Shown in pieces: positions 9,589 to 17,168 of a DNA stretch of 31,428 nt (positions within the stretch are counted from its first letter, which is position 1; every line of letters begins with the position of its first letter). The stretch comes from Anaerovoracaceae bacterium. Its GTDB lineage: Bacteria > Bacillota > Clostridia > Peptostreptococcales > Anaerovoracaceae. Under the pieces are notes generated by a model. That model did no database searches. It was not told where the DNA came from and saw nothing but the letters and a program-made list of their open reading frames with translations. Location of the stretch: the NCBI GenBank assembly GCA_036638575.1, contig JAVWKI010000003.1, forward strand, positions 1 through 31,428, written 5' to 3'. The position numbers and the translations under genes were made by a program.

Positions 9589-9621
9589 TTTAAGTCTTTT
9601 TTCAGACCTCCGCCCTATGAT
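9589..9621 (+). promoter_or_regulatory. CiaR-type direct-repeat box plus -10, facing the response regulator (autoregulation)
   Basis: TTTAAG-TCTTT-TTTCAG (9589-9605), then 10 nt, then TATGAT (9616-9621). An alternative extended -10 TGATATACT lies at 9618-9626. Confidence 0.6.
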
Positions 9622-9687
9622 ATACTAATGAGATAAAGACTGTGCAATAAAAGAAAGTTGGCGGCATACCGCCACGGAGGTAAAACC

Positions 9688-10362
9688 ATGAGAATATTAA
9701 TTGTAGAAGATGAGGTGCGTCTAGCAGAAGCACTATCCCACATACTAACCGACAAAAAATATATGACCGATGTGGTTCATAATGGGGATGACGGATTAGA
9801 CTATGGACTTAGCGATATTTATGATGCCATTATCCTGGATGTAATGCTCCCGGGAATGAATGGCTTTGAGGTTGCCAAGTCCCTAAGAAAAGAAAAAATC
9901 CAAACGCCAATTCTCATGCTTACCGCCAAAGGAGAAATTGCAAGCAAGGTTGCCGGCTTAGATTGCGGTGCCGACGATTACATGACCAAGCCCTTTGCTC
10001 CAGAAGAGCTTCTCGCACGCCTTCGCGCATTGACTAGACGTCAAGGTGAAGTATTGCTAGACGAAACCAGCTTCGGAGATTTGACCTTGAATTTATCCAC
10101 CTGCGATTTAATGTGCGGTGGGAAGTCTACCCACTTAAACTACAAGGAGTTTGAAATTCTCAAGCTGTTAATGGCAAATCCAAAAGCTGCAATTACCAAG
10201 GAGGATATTATCACCAAGGTTTGGGGCTATGACTCTGACGCCAGCGATAACAACGTGGAGGCCTATATTTCGTTTTTACGAAAAAAACTTTCCTTCTTAA
10301 ACTCAACCGTTTCCATTAACGCCCTAAGAAAAGTAGGATATCGCCTAGGAGAAGAAAAATAA
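9688..10362 (+). CDS. OmpR/PhoB-family response regulator (CiaR-like)
   Basis: MRILIVEDE, IILDVMLP (phospho-Asp), LTAK, GADDYMTKPF, winged-helix VWGYDSD...NVEAYISFLRKKL...RKVGY. Start at ATG 9688 after GGAGG. Confidence 0.95.
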   Translation: MRILIVEDEVRLAEALSHILTDKKYMTDVVHNGDDGLDYGLSDIYDAIILDVMLPGMNGFEVAKSLRKEKIQTPILMLTAKGEIASKVAGLDCGADDYMTKPFAPEELLARLRALTRRQGEVLLDETSFGDLTLNLSTCDLMCGGKSTHLNYKEFEILKLLMANPKAAITKEDIITKVWGYDSDASDNNVEAYISFLRKKLSFLNSTVSINALRKVGYRLGEEK

Positions 10363-11621
10363 TGTTAAAAAAATTAAAACGCAAGATCATTTTAATTAAC
10401 ATGATTCTCGTGGGAGTTGTCTTGATTTCCGTGTTTTTTATTGTATCCTTAAATGCCTATAAGGGTGGACTACTCAATATCAACAAAGCCCTTGCACAAT
10501 CGGTGAGCTTCGTCCAAAACCAGGGTCTTGAACAGTTTAAGTTCAAAAAACCTTTAGGCAACGAAACTACCAAACAGCCAAGCCTAAATCGCCCGGCCAA
10601 TAATATTGCTACCGTCACCGTAGTCTTAACCGGCAACGGAAATATCGCCAGCGTGTATGAGGATCTTGGTTCTATTTCTACCGAGAATTTAAACAAAGCA
10701 GTAACGCAGGTTATCAATACCGACCAAACCACAGGAAAACTGCCTTCCATAAATCTTTTTTATTTAAAAATTTGCTCTGAAGGGGTCACCTATGTTTCCT
10801 TTGCTAATACTGCGCCTTTGCGTGAAACCATGGAACGGGTAATCGTCATCGCTGCTGTGCTCAGTACAGGAACCATGATTGTCTTCTTTTTCATCAGCTT
10901 ACTGCTAGCAGGAATTGCCATCAAGCCGGTGAAAAAAGCTTGGGAGCAGCAACAACAATTTGTTGCCGATGCTTCTCATGAATTGAAAACTCCACTGACA
11001 GTTATTCTCGCCAACAACAACATTCTTCTCTCCCATGATAAGGAATCGATTTCTTCACAAAAAAAATGGGTAGAAAGTACGCAAGATGAAGCCTTACACA
11101 TGAAAAAATTGGTAGATAATCTCTTGTTTTTGGCCAGATCTGATGCTGCGGAAAACAAATTCACCCTCACTCAGGTTCCGCTTAGTGATATTCTCATGGA
11201 AAGTGCCTTGCAGTTTGAGCCAGTTGCCTTTGAAAAAGGCGTCTTGGTGGATACCGAGGTGGTTCCCAACATGACCATCTCCGGGGATCTTACACAAATC
11301 CGTCAGCTGGTACACATCCTACTGGATAACGGCTGTAAATATGCAGGGGAAAACGGTCGTGTCTTTGCAACCCTTAAGCCGGTAGGAAACATCAAGCGCC
11401 TTTCTGTAAAAAATACAGGGACTCCCATCCCTGCCGAAGATATTGAACATATTTTTGAGCGATTTTATCGTTCGGACAAGGTCCGCACCCAGCAAAACGG
11501 CGAGGGAGGCTACGGCCTTGGCCTAGCCATTGCAAAAAATATTGTAGAACAACATAAAGGCAAAATTTCCGTATCCAGCAGCAAGGAAAACGGAACAGAA
11601 TTTATCGTGGATTTTCGATAA
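10362..11621 (+). CDS. Sensor histidine kinase (CiaH-like)
   Basis: Two TM helices with an extracytoplasmic loop. H-box QQQFVADASHELKTPL, N-box ILLDNGCKY, IFERFYRSD, GLGLAIAK. TAATG overlap with the regulator. Confidence 0.95.
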   Translation: MLKKLKRKIILINMILVGVVLISVFFIVSLNAYKGGLLNINKALAQSVSFVQNQGLEQFKFKKPLGNETTKQPSLNRPANNIATVTVVLTGNGNIASVYEDLGSISTENLNKAVTQVINTDQTTGKLPSINLFYLKICSEGVTYVSFANTAPLRETMERVIVIAAVLSTGTMIVFFFISLLLAGIAIKPVKKAWEQQQQFVADASHELKTPLTVILANNNILLSHDKESISSQKKWVESTQDEALHMKKLVDNLLFLARSDAAENKFTLTQVPLSDILMESALQFEPVAFEKGVLVDTEVVPNMTISGDLTQIRQLVHILLDNGCKYAGENGRVFATLKPVGNIKRLSVKNTGTPIPAEDIEHIFERFYRSDKVRTQQNGEGGYGLGLAIAKNIVEQHKGKISVSSSKENGTEFIVDFR

Positions 11622-11651
11622 ACAAAGGACTTACGCTAAAAATAAGATCGA

Positions 11652-11684
11652 AAAAACAGTGAAGCCAAAGACTTCACTGTTTTT
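11652..11684. terminator. Bidirectional intrinsic terminator between kinase and thiolase
   Basis: Perfect 13-bp inverted repeat AAAAACAGTGAAG / CTTCACTGTTTTT with a 7-nt loop, between convergent genes. Confidence 0.85.
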
Positions 11685-11715
11685 GTTTCCTTATTAATTT
11701 AATAAAGGGGATTAC

Positions 11716-12894
11716 TTATCTAGTTACTACTAGTGCAGTACCCTGTCCGCCACCGATACAAAGTGTAGCAAGACCTGTCTTCGCATCTCTCTTGATCATT
11801 TCGTGGATTAGTGAAACGAAGATTCTGCATCCGGATGAACCGATTGGGTGTCCAAGAGCGATTGCTCCTCCGTTTACGTTTACCTTTTCCATGTCGAAAC
11901 CAAGTTCTTTTGCTACTGCAAGTGACTGTGCAGCAAATGCTTCGTTTGCTTCGATTAGATCGATATCTGCGATAGTGTATCCAGCTTTTGCTAGTGCTTT
12001 TTCTGATGAAGGAACTGGTCCGATACCCATGATAGTTGGGTCAACACCTGCTGAAGCATAGCCTGAAACTGTGCAAAGAGGCTTGATTCCAAGTTCGTCA
12101 GCTTTTTCTTTGCTCATTACTACTACTGCAGCACCTGCATCGTTTAAGCCTGAAGCGTTAGCAGCAGTTACTACTCCGTCCTTCTTGAATGCTGGCTTTA
12201 ATTTTGCAGTCTTTTCGATAGTTGTTCCAAATTTAGGGAATTCATCTGTATCAAATACAACTGGTTCGCCCTTTCTCTGAGGAATTTCTACTGGAACGAT
12301 TTCATCTTTGAATCTGCCGCTTGTTACTGCTGCTTCTGCCTTGTTCTGTGAAGCAACTGCAAACTCGTCTAGCTGTTCTCTTGTAAGGTTCCACTGCTCA
12401 GCAATGTTTTCTGCTGTGATTCCCATGTGGTAGTTGTTAAATGCATCCCAAAGTCCGTCATTAACCATGATGTCTACCATCTGAGTGTTGTTCATTCTTG
12501 CTCCCCATCTTGCTGTAGGAACAACGTATCCTGCCTGTGACATGTTTTCTGCTCCACCTGCAACGATGATATCAGCATCTCCTGCCTTGATAATCTGAGC
12601 AGCAAGCTCGATAGCTCTAAGACCTGATCCGCATACCTTGTTTAATGTCATTGATGGTACTTCAATTGGAATTCCAGCTTCCATTGAAATCTGTCTTGCA
12701 ATGTTCTGTCCAAGTCCGCCCTGAAGAACGCAACCCATAAGAACCTCGTCGATCATCTCGCCTTTGATTCCTGCTCTTTCGATTGCACCTTTAACTGCAA
12801 TCGCACCAAGTGTTGATGCCGGAATGCCCTTTAGTGTTCCACCAAAGTTACCAATCGGTGTTCTAGCTGCACTTACAATTACTACTTCTCTCAT
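11716..12894 (-). CDS. thlA: Acetyl-CoA acetyltransferase (thiolase)
   Basis: [19 protein letters not shown] (active Cys), [26 protein letters not shown]. Confidence 0.97.
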   Translation of the reverse strand: MREVVIVSAARTPIGNFGGTLKGIPASTLGAIAVKGAIERAGIKGEMIDEVLMGCVLQGGLGQNIARQISMEAGIPIEVPSMTLNKVCGSGLRAIELAAQIIKAGDADIIVAGGAENMSQAGYVVPTARWGARMNNTQMVDIMVNDGLWDAFNNYHMGITAENIAEQWNLTREQLDEFAVASQNKAEAAVTSGRFKDEIVPVEIPQRKGEPVVFDTDEFPKFGTTIEKTAKLKPAFKKDGVVTAANASGLNDAGAAVVVMSKEKADELGIKPLCTVSGYASAGVDPTIMGIGPVPSSEKALAKAGYTIADIDLIEANEAFAAQSLAVAKELGFDMEKVNVNGGAIALGHPIGSSGCRIFVSLIHEMIKRDAKTGLATLCIGGGQGTALVVTR

Positions 12895-12954
12895 GTTTGA
12901 GTGTCCTCCTTATGTAAAATAAATAATTAAAATTTGCTATTTGTTATGGTAAAT

Positions 12955-12982
12955 ATAATATCATAAAATGATAATTATGCAA
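12955..12982 (-). promoter_or_regulatory. Candidate sigmaA promoter of thiolase
   Basis: Minus strand TTGCAT-16 nt-TATTAT with extended -10 TG. Confidence 0.5.
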
Positions 12983-13043
12983 GGAATAATATGGTTTTCA
13001 GACAATGGCAATTTACCCTTAGTCTAAAGGCAAGGGAAACTTC

Positions 13044-14441
13044 CTAAGCCGGGAATAATTGTAGTCCCACAGTTAAGGCGATTGCGCCGATAATCCAAAG
13101 GATCAACACTAACGGTAGTACATATTTCAAAAACTTTGTCCACGGAATTTTAGCCATAGTCAATGATGCCATTAACACCCCATTGGTTGGTGTAATAAAG
13201 CTAGTTATTCCCGTTCCAAACTGGAAGGCGGTAACAATATTTTGTCTGGATACTCCAACCAAATCTCCTAGCGGTGCCATAATCGGAATCGTTAGTGCCG
13301 CGTGACCGGATGAAGATGGCACAAAGAAGGAGATAATATTCTGCACAACCAGCATGATGTTTGCAAACACAGCTTTAGGAAGACCACCAAGCATATTTGC
13401 CGCACCATTTAATATGGTATCGATAATTTTTCCGTCTTGGGCAATAATAATAATCGCTCTTGCCAATCCAATAACCAAGGCTGCATAAATTAAATCTTTG
13501 GATCCATCGATAAAGGAATCTGCAATTTCTGCTTGATTTAATCTACCAACAATACCGCCAAACACGCCAATCATAACAAAGATCATGGAAATTTCTTTTG
13601 TGTACCACCCTTGTGCCAATACACCCCAAACCATAACTGCCATACCGATGCCAAAAACAGCCAGCACCGCGCCATCCTTCTTGGTAAATGGCTTTATTTC
13701 TGTGCTTGCGCCCAATAATGTCTCTCGATTCTCCTGATCCAAGTGATAAACCAAGGATTTTTCCGGATTCTTTTTTACCTTTTTTGCATAGAAAAGAACA
13801 AAGGTAATGGAAACCGTCATCATGATCACCCAGATTACGCCTCTATAAACAATTGCTGATCCCGGTGCAAGTCCTGCAAGGGACTGTGCCAGGCCCACAG
13901 AAAACGGGTTAACGGTCGAGGCCGCTGTTCCTGCTGCCGCGCCAATGTATACAATGGAAAGCCCGGTGAGGGAGTCATATCCCATAGCCATCATCAGAGG
14001 GATAAAAATCATATAAAAGGGCAAGGTTTCTTCGCACATCCCAAAGGTTGTCCCCCCTAGACCGAACAGAATCATACACAAGGGAATAATAAACAGCTCT
14101 TTTTTCCCGAATATTTTTGCAGCTCTTCCAATGCCGGCTTCTATCGCTCCGGTTCGATTAATTACGCCAAAGGCGCCGCCTACAATCAATACAAATCCAA
14201 TTGTTTCTCCCGCATTGATGATGCCCTTAATTGGAGCGGTGAAAAAATCGTCTACCCCTTGAGGATTGGATGCCACCTCATGATAGGAGCCTGCAACGAC
14301 AATGGTTTTTCCGTCATCGGTTTCTTTTGTGTCAAATTGCCCACTGGGAACCAACCAAGTTAGTATGGTCATAAATAGAATAATTGCAAATATAATGGTG
14401 TAGGTGTGGGGAATACTTAATTTCTTTTTTAACTTACTCAT
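13044..14441 (-). CDS. YfcC family (DcuC/ArcD-related) secondary transporter
   Basis: IPHTYTII, LTWLVPSGQFD, GMCEETLPFY, STVNPFSVGLAQSLA, FFVPSSSGHAALTIPIMAPLGD, AFQFGTG, ITPT. About 11-12 TM segments. Confidence 0.92.
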   Translation of the reverse strand: MSKLKKKLSIPHTYTIIFAIILFMTILTWLVPSGQFDTKETDDGKTIVVAGSYHEVASNPQGVDDFFTAPIKGIINAGETIGFVLIVGGAFGVINRTGAIEAGIGRAAKIFGKKELFIIPLCMILFGLGGTTFGMCEETLPFYMIFIPLMMAMGYDSLTGLSIVYIGAAAGTAASTVNPFSVGLAQSLAGLAPGSAIVYRGVIWVIMMTVSITFVLFYAKKVKKNPEKSLVYHLDQENRETLLGASTEIKPFTKKDGAVLAVFGIGMAVMVWGVLAQGWYTKEISMIFVMIGVFGGIVGRLNQAEIADSFIDGSKDLIYAALVIGLARAIIIIAQDGKIIDTILNGAANMLGGLPKAVFANIMLVVQNIISFFVPSSSGHAALTIPIMAPLGDLVGVSRQNIVTAFQFGTGITSFITPTNGVLMASLTMAKIPWTKFLKYVLPLVLILWIIGAIALTVGLQLFPA

Positions 14442-14455
14442 TTCCTTCTCCTCTA

Positions 14456-15661
14456 TTAATACAGTTCTTTCTGCTTTTTTAATTCTGCCTTTGCTTGTGC
14501 CACAAGTACCGGTCGGTCAAAGAGATCCAGGGCAATTCCTGCAAAGCTTTTGACCATTTGATGTAGGCGCTTATATGCTTCCGATGAATTGGCGTAAGCC
14601 AAAGCACTTTCATCATGTACAATAAACGACAAGCCTTCATCCAGTCCGATTTCCGTATACAAGGTGGGCACAAGATTGCTGACATTTCCAATGTCTGTGG
14701 ACCCCGGCATAGGATCCCAGGTTCTATATACCTGTTCAAACCCTTGCCTTTGCATATTTTCTTCAGCAAGCTTCCCCAGTACAGGGATGGTCACAATGTC
14801 ATCTAAGGATGCATCCGGCATGGAAACCTCTAATTTGGCTCCGGTCATTAGCTCTGCACCTTTCGCACAGTTAATCACTTTTTGTGTAATTTGATCAACA
14901 TAGGCTCGTTTTTTCCCTCTTACATAGAATTTGCAAGAAGCATTTTCCGGAATAATGTTTACCGCTTGTCCCCCATTGGTGACAATTCCATGAATGCGGA
15001 CATCCTGCATAATCTGTTGCCGCAAGGCATTGACCCCCGCAAAGGTCAATTGTACCGCATCTAAGGCGTTAATCCCTTCATAAGGAAATTGTGCCGCATG
15101 AGCAGGCTTCCCCTTGAAGGAGAACTCCAAAGAATCCATTGCAAGGGCCGGTGCCATAATATCTGTTTTTTCTTCAAGATGTGCTTGCATAACAATGTCT
15201 AAATCATCAAAGCAACCTTCCTCCAGCATAAGGGCCTTCCCATTGTAGGTTTCTTCTGCCGGTGTTCCGATTAGAACCACCTTGCCATTGATAGATTCTA
15301 TCATTCTACCAAGAACAATTGCCGTTCCTGCTGTTACTGCCGATATCCAATTATGTCCACAGGCATGAGCGGCTTCTCCCTTAGGTCCATATCCAGGTAG
15401 GGCATCGTATTCTGCCAAAAATCCGATTACCGGTCCATCTCCATTTCCTCGTTCTGCTCTAAATGCCGTTTTTTCTTTGCCGTAAGGATAGGTGACCGAA
15501 AACTTTTCGCCACGCATTAGTTCTGTTAAGTAATTTGCACTTTCTACTTCTTCTCCACCCAATTCCGGATGGTTAAAAATAAAATCACAAATCTCCTCAA
15601 TCTTTTCGCTTAATTTTTCTTCTAGCATTTCTGCTAAACTCTTTTTTTCTTCTGTTTTCAT
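14456..15661 (-). CDS. M20 family amidohydrolase (PM20D2/HmrA/AbgB-like), catalytic set intact
   Basis: HPELGGEE, AEYDALPG, HACGHN, GTPAEE, QAH, GINALDA, STDIGNVS and a C-terminal His (IVH). Confidence 0.92.
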   Translation of the reverse strand: MKTEEKKSLAEMLEEKLSEKIEEICDFIFNHPELGGEEVESANYLTELMRGEKFSVTYPYGKEKTAFRAERGNGDGPVIGFLAEYDALPGYGPKGEAAHACGHNWISAVTAGTAIVLGRMIESINGKVVLIGTPAEETYNGKALMLEEGCFDDLDIVMQAHLEEKTDIMAPALAMDSLEFSFKGKPAHAAQFPYEGINALDAVQLTFAGVNALRQQIMQDVRIHGIVTNGGQAVNIIPENASCKFYVRGKKRAYVDQITQKVINCAKGAELMTGAKLEVSMPDASLDDIVTIPVLGKLAEENMQRQGFEQVYRTWDPMPGSTDIGNVSNLVPTLYTEIGLDEGLSFIVHDESALAYANSSEAYKRLHQMVKSFAGIALDLFDRPVLVAQAKAELKKQKELY

Positions 15662-15691
15662 TTAAGCCTCCTTTTGTTTGCCCCTATATAG

Positions 15692-15708
15692 AGCAAATCT
15701 CGTGCCAA
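15692..15708 (-). promoter_or_regulatory. sigma54 (-24/-12) promoter for the M20-yfcC operon
   Basis: Minus strand TTGGCAC-GAGAT-TTGCT, matching the consensus TGGCAC-N5-TTGCW, about 30 nt upstream of the start. A cognate activator gene lies about 1.5 kb away. Confidence 0.88.
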
Positions 15709-15789
15709 CTTAGCAGAATATTTGTCCATTTCCCCTTAAACCCTTGTAGTTTCAACGTACATTTTCTTTTTCTCCTTGGGAATAAAAAG

Positions 15790-15818
15790 AAAACGACTTA
15801 GATTCGCTAAGTCGTTTT
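15790..15818 (-). terminator. Intrinsic terminator-like palindrome after upstream M20 paralogue
   Basis: Perfect 12-bp inverted repeat AAAACGACTTAG-attcg-CTAAGTCGTTTT, followed on the minus strand by CTTTTT. Confidence 0.7.
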
Positions 15819-15857
15819 TGCTTTATTCCTAAGTCATTTTTGCTTTCAGTCATTTTT
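15807..15857. repeat. Tandem direct repeats, candidate enhancer (UAS) for the sigma54 activator
   Basis: CTAAGTCGTTTTTGCTTT (15807-15824) and CTAAGTCATTTTTGCTTT (15829-15846) share 17 of 18 nt with a 22-bp period. A partial third copy AGTCATTTTT lies at 15848-15857. The repeats are 100-150 bp upstream of the -24 element. Confidence 0.7.
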
Positions 15858-15864
15858 AACTTGT

Positions 15865-17079
15865 CTATTTAATGCTTTCTCCAACAACCTTCCCTTGTGC
15901 TTTTTCCACTTCCAACAAAAGTTTTTTGTCTAGGAATAGCTCCATGGCAATTTTGGCCATTATTTTAGAAATTTGATGAAGCTTCCTGGTGGAAAACTTT
16001 GAGTTAACATATTGCAGTGCGCGTTCATCATGTACGCGAAATTCTCCATCTGCCCCAATATCAAATTCCATATATAAGGTCGGACAAATATGGCTTACAT
16101 TTCCAATATCCGAAGAGGTGAATTCCCCCTCTTGCATGTATTCCGGAGACGGTTCAATTCCTTCTTCCCCCATATATTCTAGGGCCAAACCGGTTAACAC
16201 CGGGTTGTTGATCATATTGTCATAGGAATTCTCAAAATAAGACATGGTCATTTCTGCCCCGGCCATTAATGCTGCACCTTCCGCACAACGAATAATCTTT
16301 GGTTTAATGCTTTCTAAGTAGGTTCTATCCTTTGCCCGAATATAGTACCGACATGCTGCGGTTCCCGGAATAACACTAGGTGCATCGCCTCCTTCAGAGA
16401 CAATTCCGTGAAGCTTCACGTCAGAACGAAGATATTGCCGTAGCGCATTGATCCCCATAAAGGTAAATTGTACCGCATCCAAAGCATTAATCCCCTCTTC
16501 AGGATAGGCTGAAGCATGGCTAGAACGCCCTTTAAAGGAAAACTCAATGGCATCCATGGCCAGAAACTTGGATTCCACTGAAGTATATTTTTCAAGATGG
16601 GATTGAATCACCACATCCACATCATCAAAGGCATGGGCCTTGATCATCTCTGCCTTGCAGCCTACGTTTTCCATTGCCGGTGTACCAATCACGCGAATCG
16701 TCCCCTGAAACTGTTCCTTTAGCTCAAGCAAAATCATTGCCGTACCCATGGAAACCGCAGAAATCCAATTGTGCCCACAAGCATGGGCAGGAAAGCCTCC
16801 CGGCCCTAACCCCGGCAAGGCGTCATACTCAGCAATAAAACCAATCACCGGACCTTCTCCATTTTTAAATTCTGCCAAGAAGGATGTGTCTAAGTCACAA
16901 TATCCAGAAGTAACCGTAAACCCTTTTTTCTTGGCCAGCTCCATTAAAAATGCTGAGGAAACATACTCCTCCGTTCCCAGTTCCGGATTTTTGAACAGGA
17001 AGTCACTAATATATTCCATCTCTCCATAGTTCTTTTTTGCTGCTATCTCTATTTCCCCACATAATTTTTCATCAATCAT
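15865..17079 (-). CDS. M20 family amidohydrolase paralogue with GTPAME in place of GTPAEE
   Basis: NPELGTEE, AEYDALPG, HACGHN, GTPAME, QSH, GINALDAVQ, SSDIGNVS, RVH. Collinear with 14456..15661. Start at 17079 or 17082 (MMIDEK) after AAGGAG. Confidence 0.9.
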   Translation of the reverse strand: MIDEKLCGEIEIAAKKNYGEMEYISDFLFKNPELGTEEYVSSAFLMELAKKKGFTVTSGYCDLDTSFLAEFKNGEGPVIGFIAEYDALPGLGPGGFPAHACGHNWISAVSMGTAMILLELKEQFQGTIRVIGTPAMENVGCKAEMIKAHAFDDVDVVIQSHLEKYTSVESKFLAMDAIEFSFKGRSSHASAYPEEGINALDAVQFTFMGINALRQYLRSDVKLHGIVSEGGDAPSVIPGTAACRYYIRAKDRTYLESIKPKIIRCAEGAALMAGAEMTMSYFENSYDNMINNPVLTGLALEYMGEEGIEPSPEYMQEGEFTSSDIGNVSHICPTLYMEFDIGADGEFRVHDERALQYVNSKFSTRKLHQISKIMAKIAMELFLDKKLLLEVEKAQGKVVGESIK

Positions 17080-17116
17080 CATGGACTCCTTTACTTAACC
17101 ACCTTTTTCTCTATCT

Positions 17117-17125
17117 ATCTTAGCA
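17117..17125 (-). promoter_or_regulatory. Candidate extended -10 promoter for the variant M20 gene
   Basis: Minus strand TG-C-TAAGAT about 35 nt upstream of the start, with no clear -35. Confidence 0.4.
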
Positions 17126-17153
17126 CAAAAACCCTCCCTTGACGATGGAGATA

Positions 17154-17162
17154 TGGTATACT
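17154..17162 (+). promoter_or_regulatory. Extended -10 promoter, possibly giving a leaderless activator mRNA
   Basis: TG-G-TATACT ending 6 nt before ATG 17169. No SD at a usable spacing. Confidence 0.55.
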
Positions 17163-17168
17163 TTACCT

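Noticed and set aside
12930-12960. Rex operator upstream of thiolase
   Set aside because: The best candidate, TTGTTATGGTAAATATAA, matches only 9 of 14 informative positions of TTGTTAA-N4-TTAACAA, which is too weak in AT-rich DNA.
17139-17162. TTGACG as the -35 partner of TATACT, and TTG 17139 as the activator start
   Set aside because: The spacer would be only 12 nt and there is no RBS before the TTG. An extended -10 with ATG 17169 fits better.
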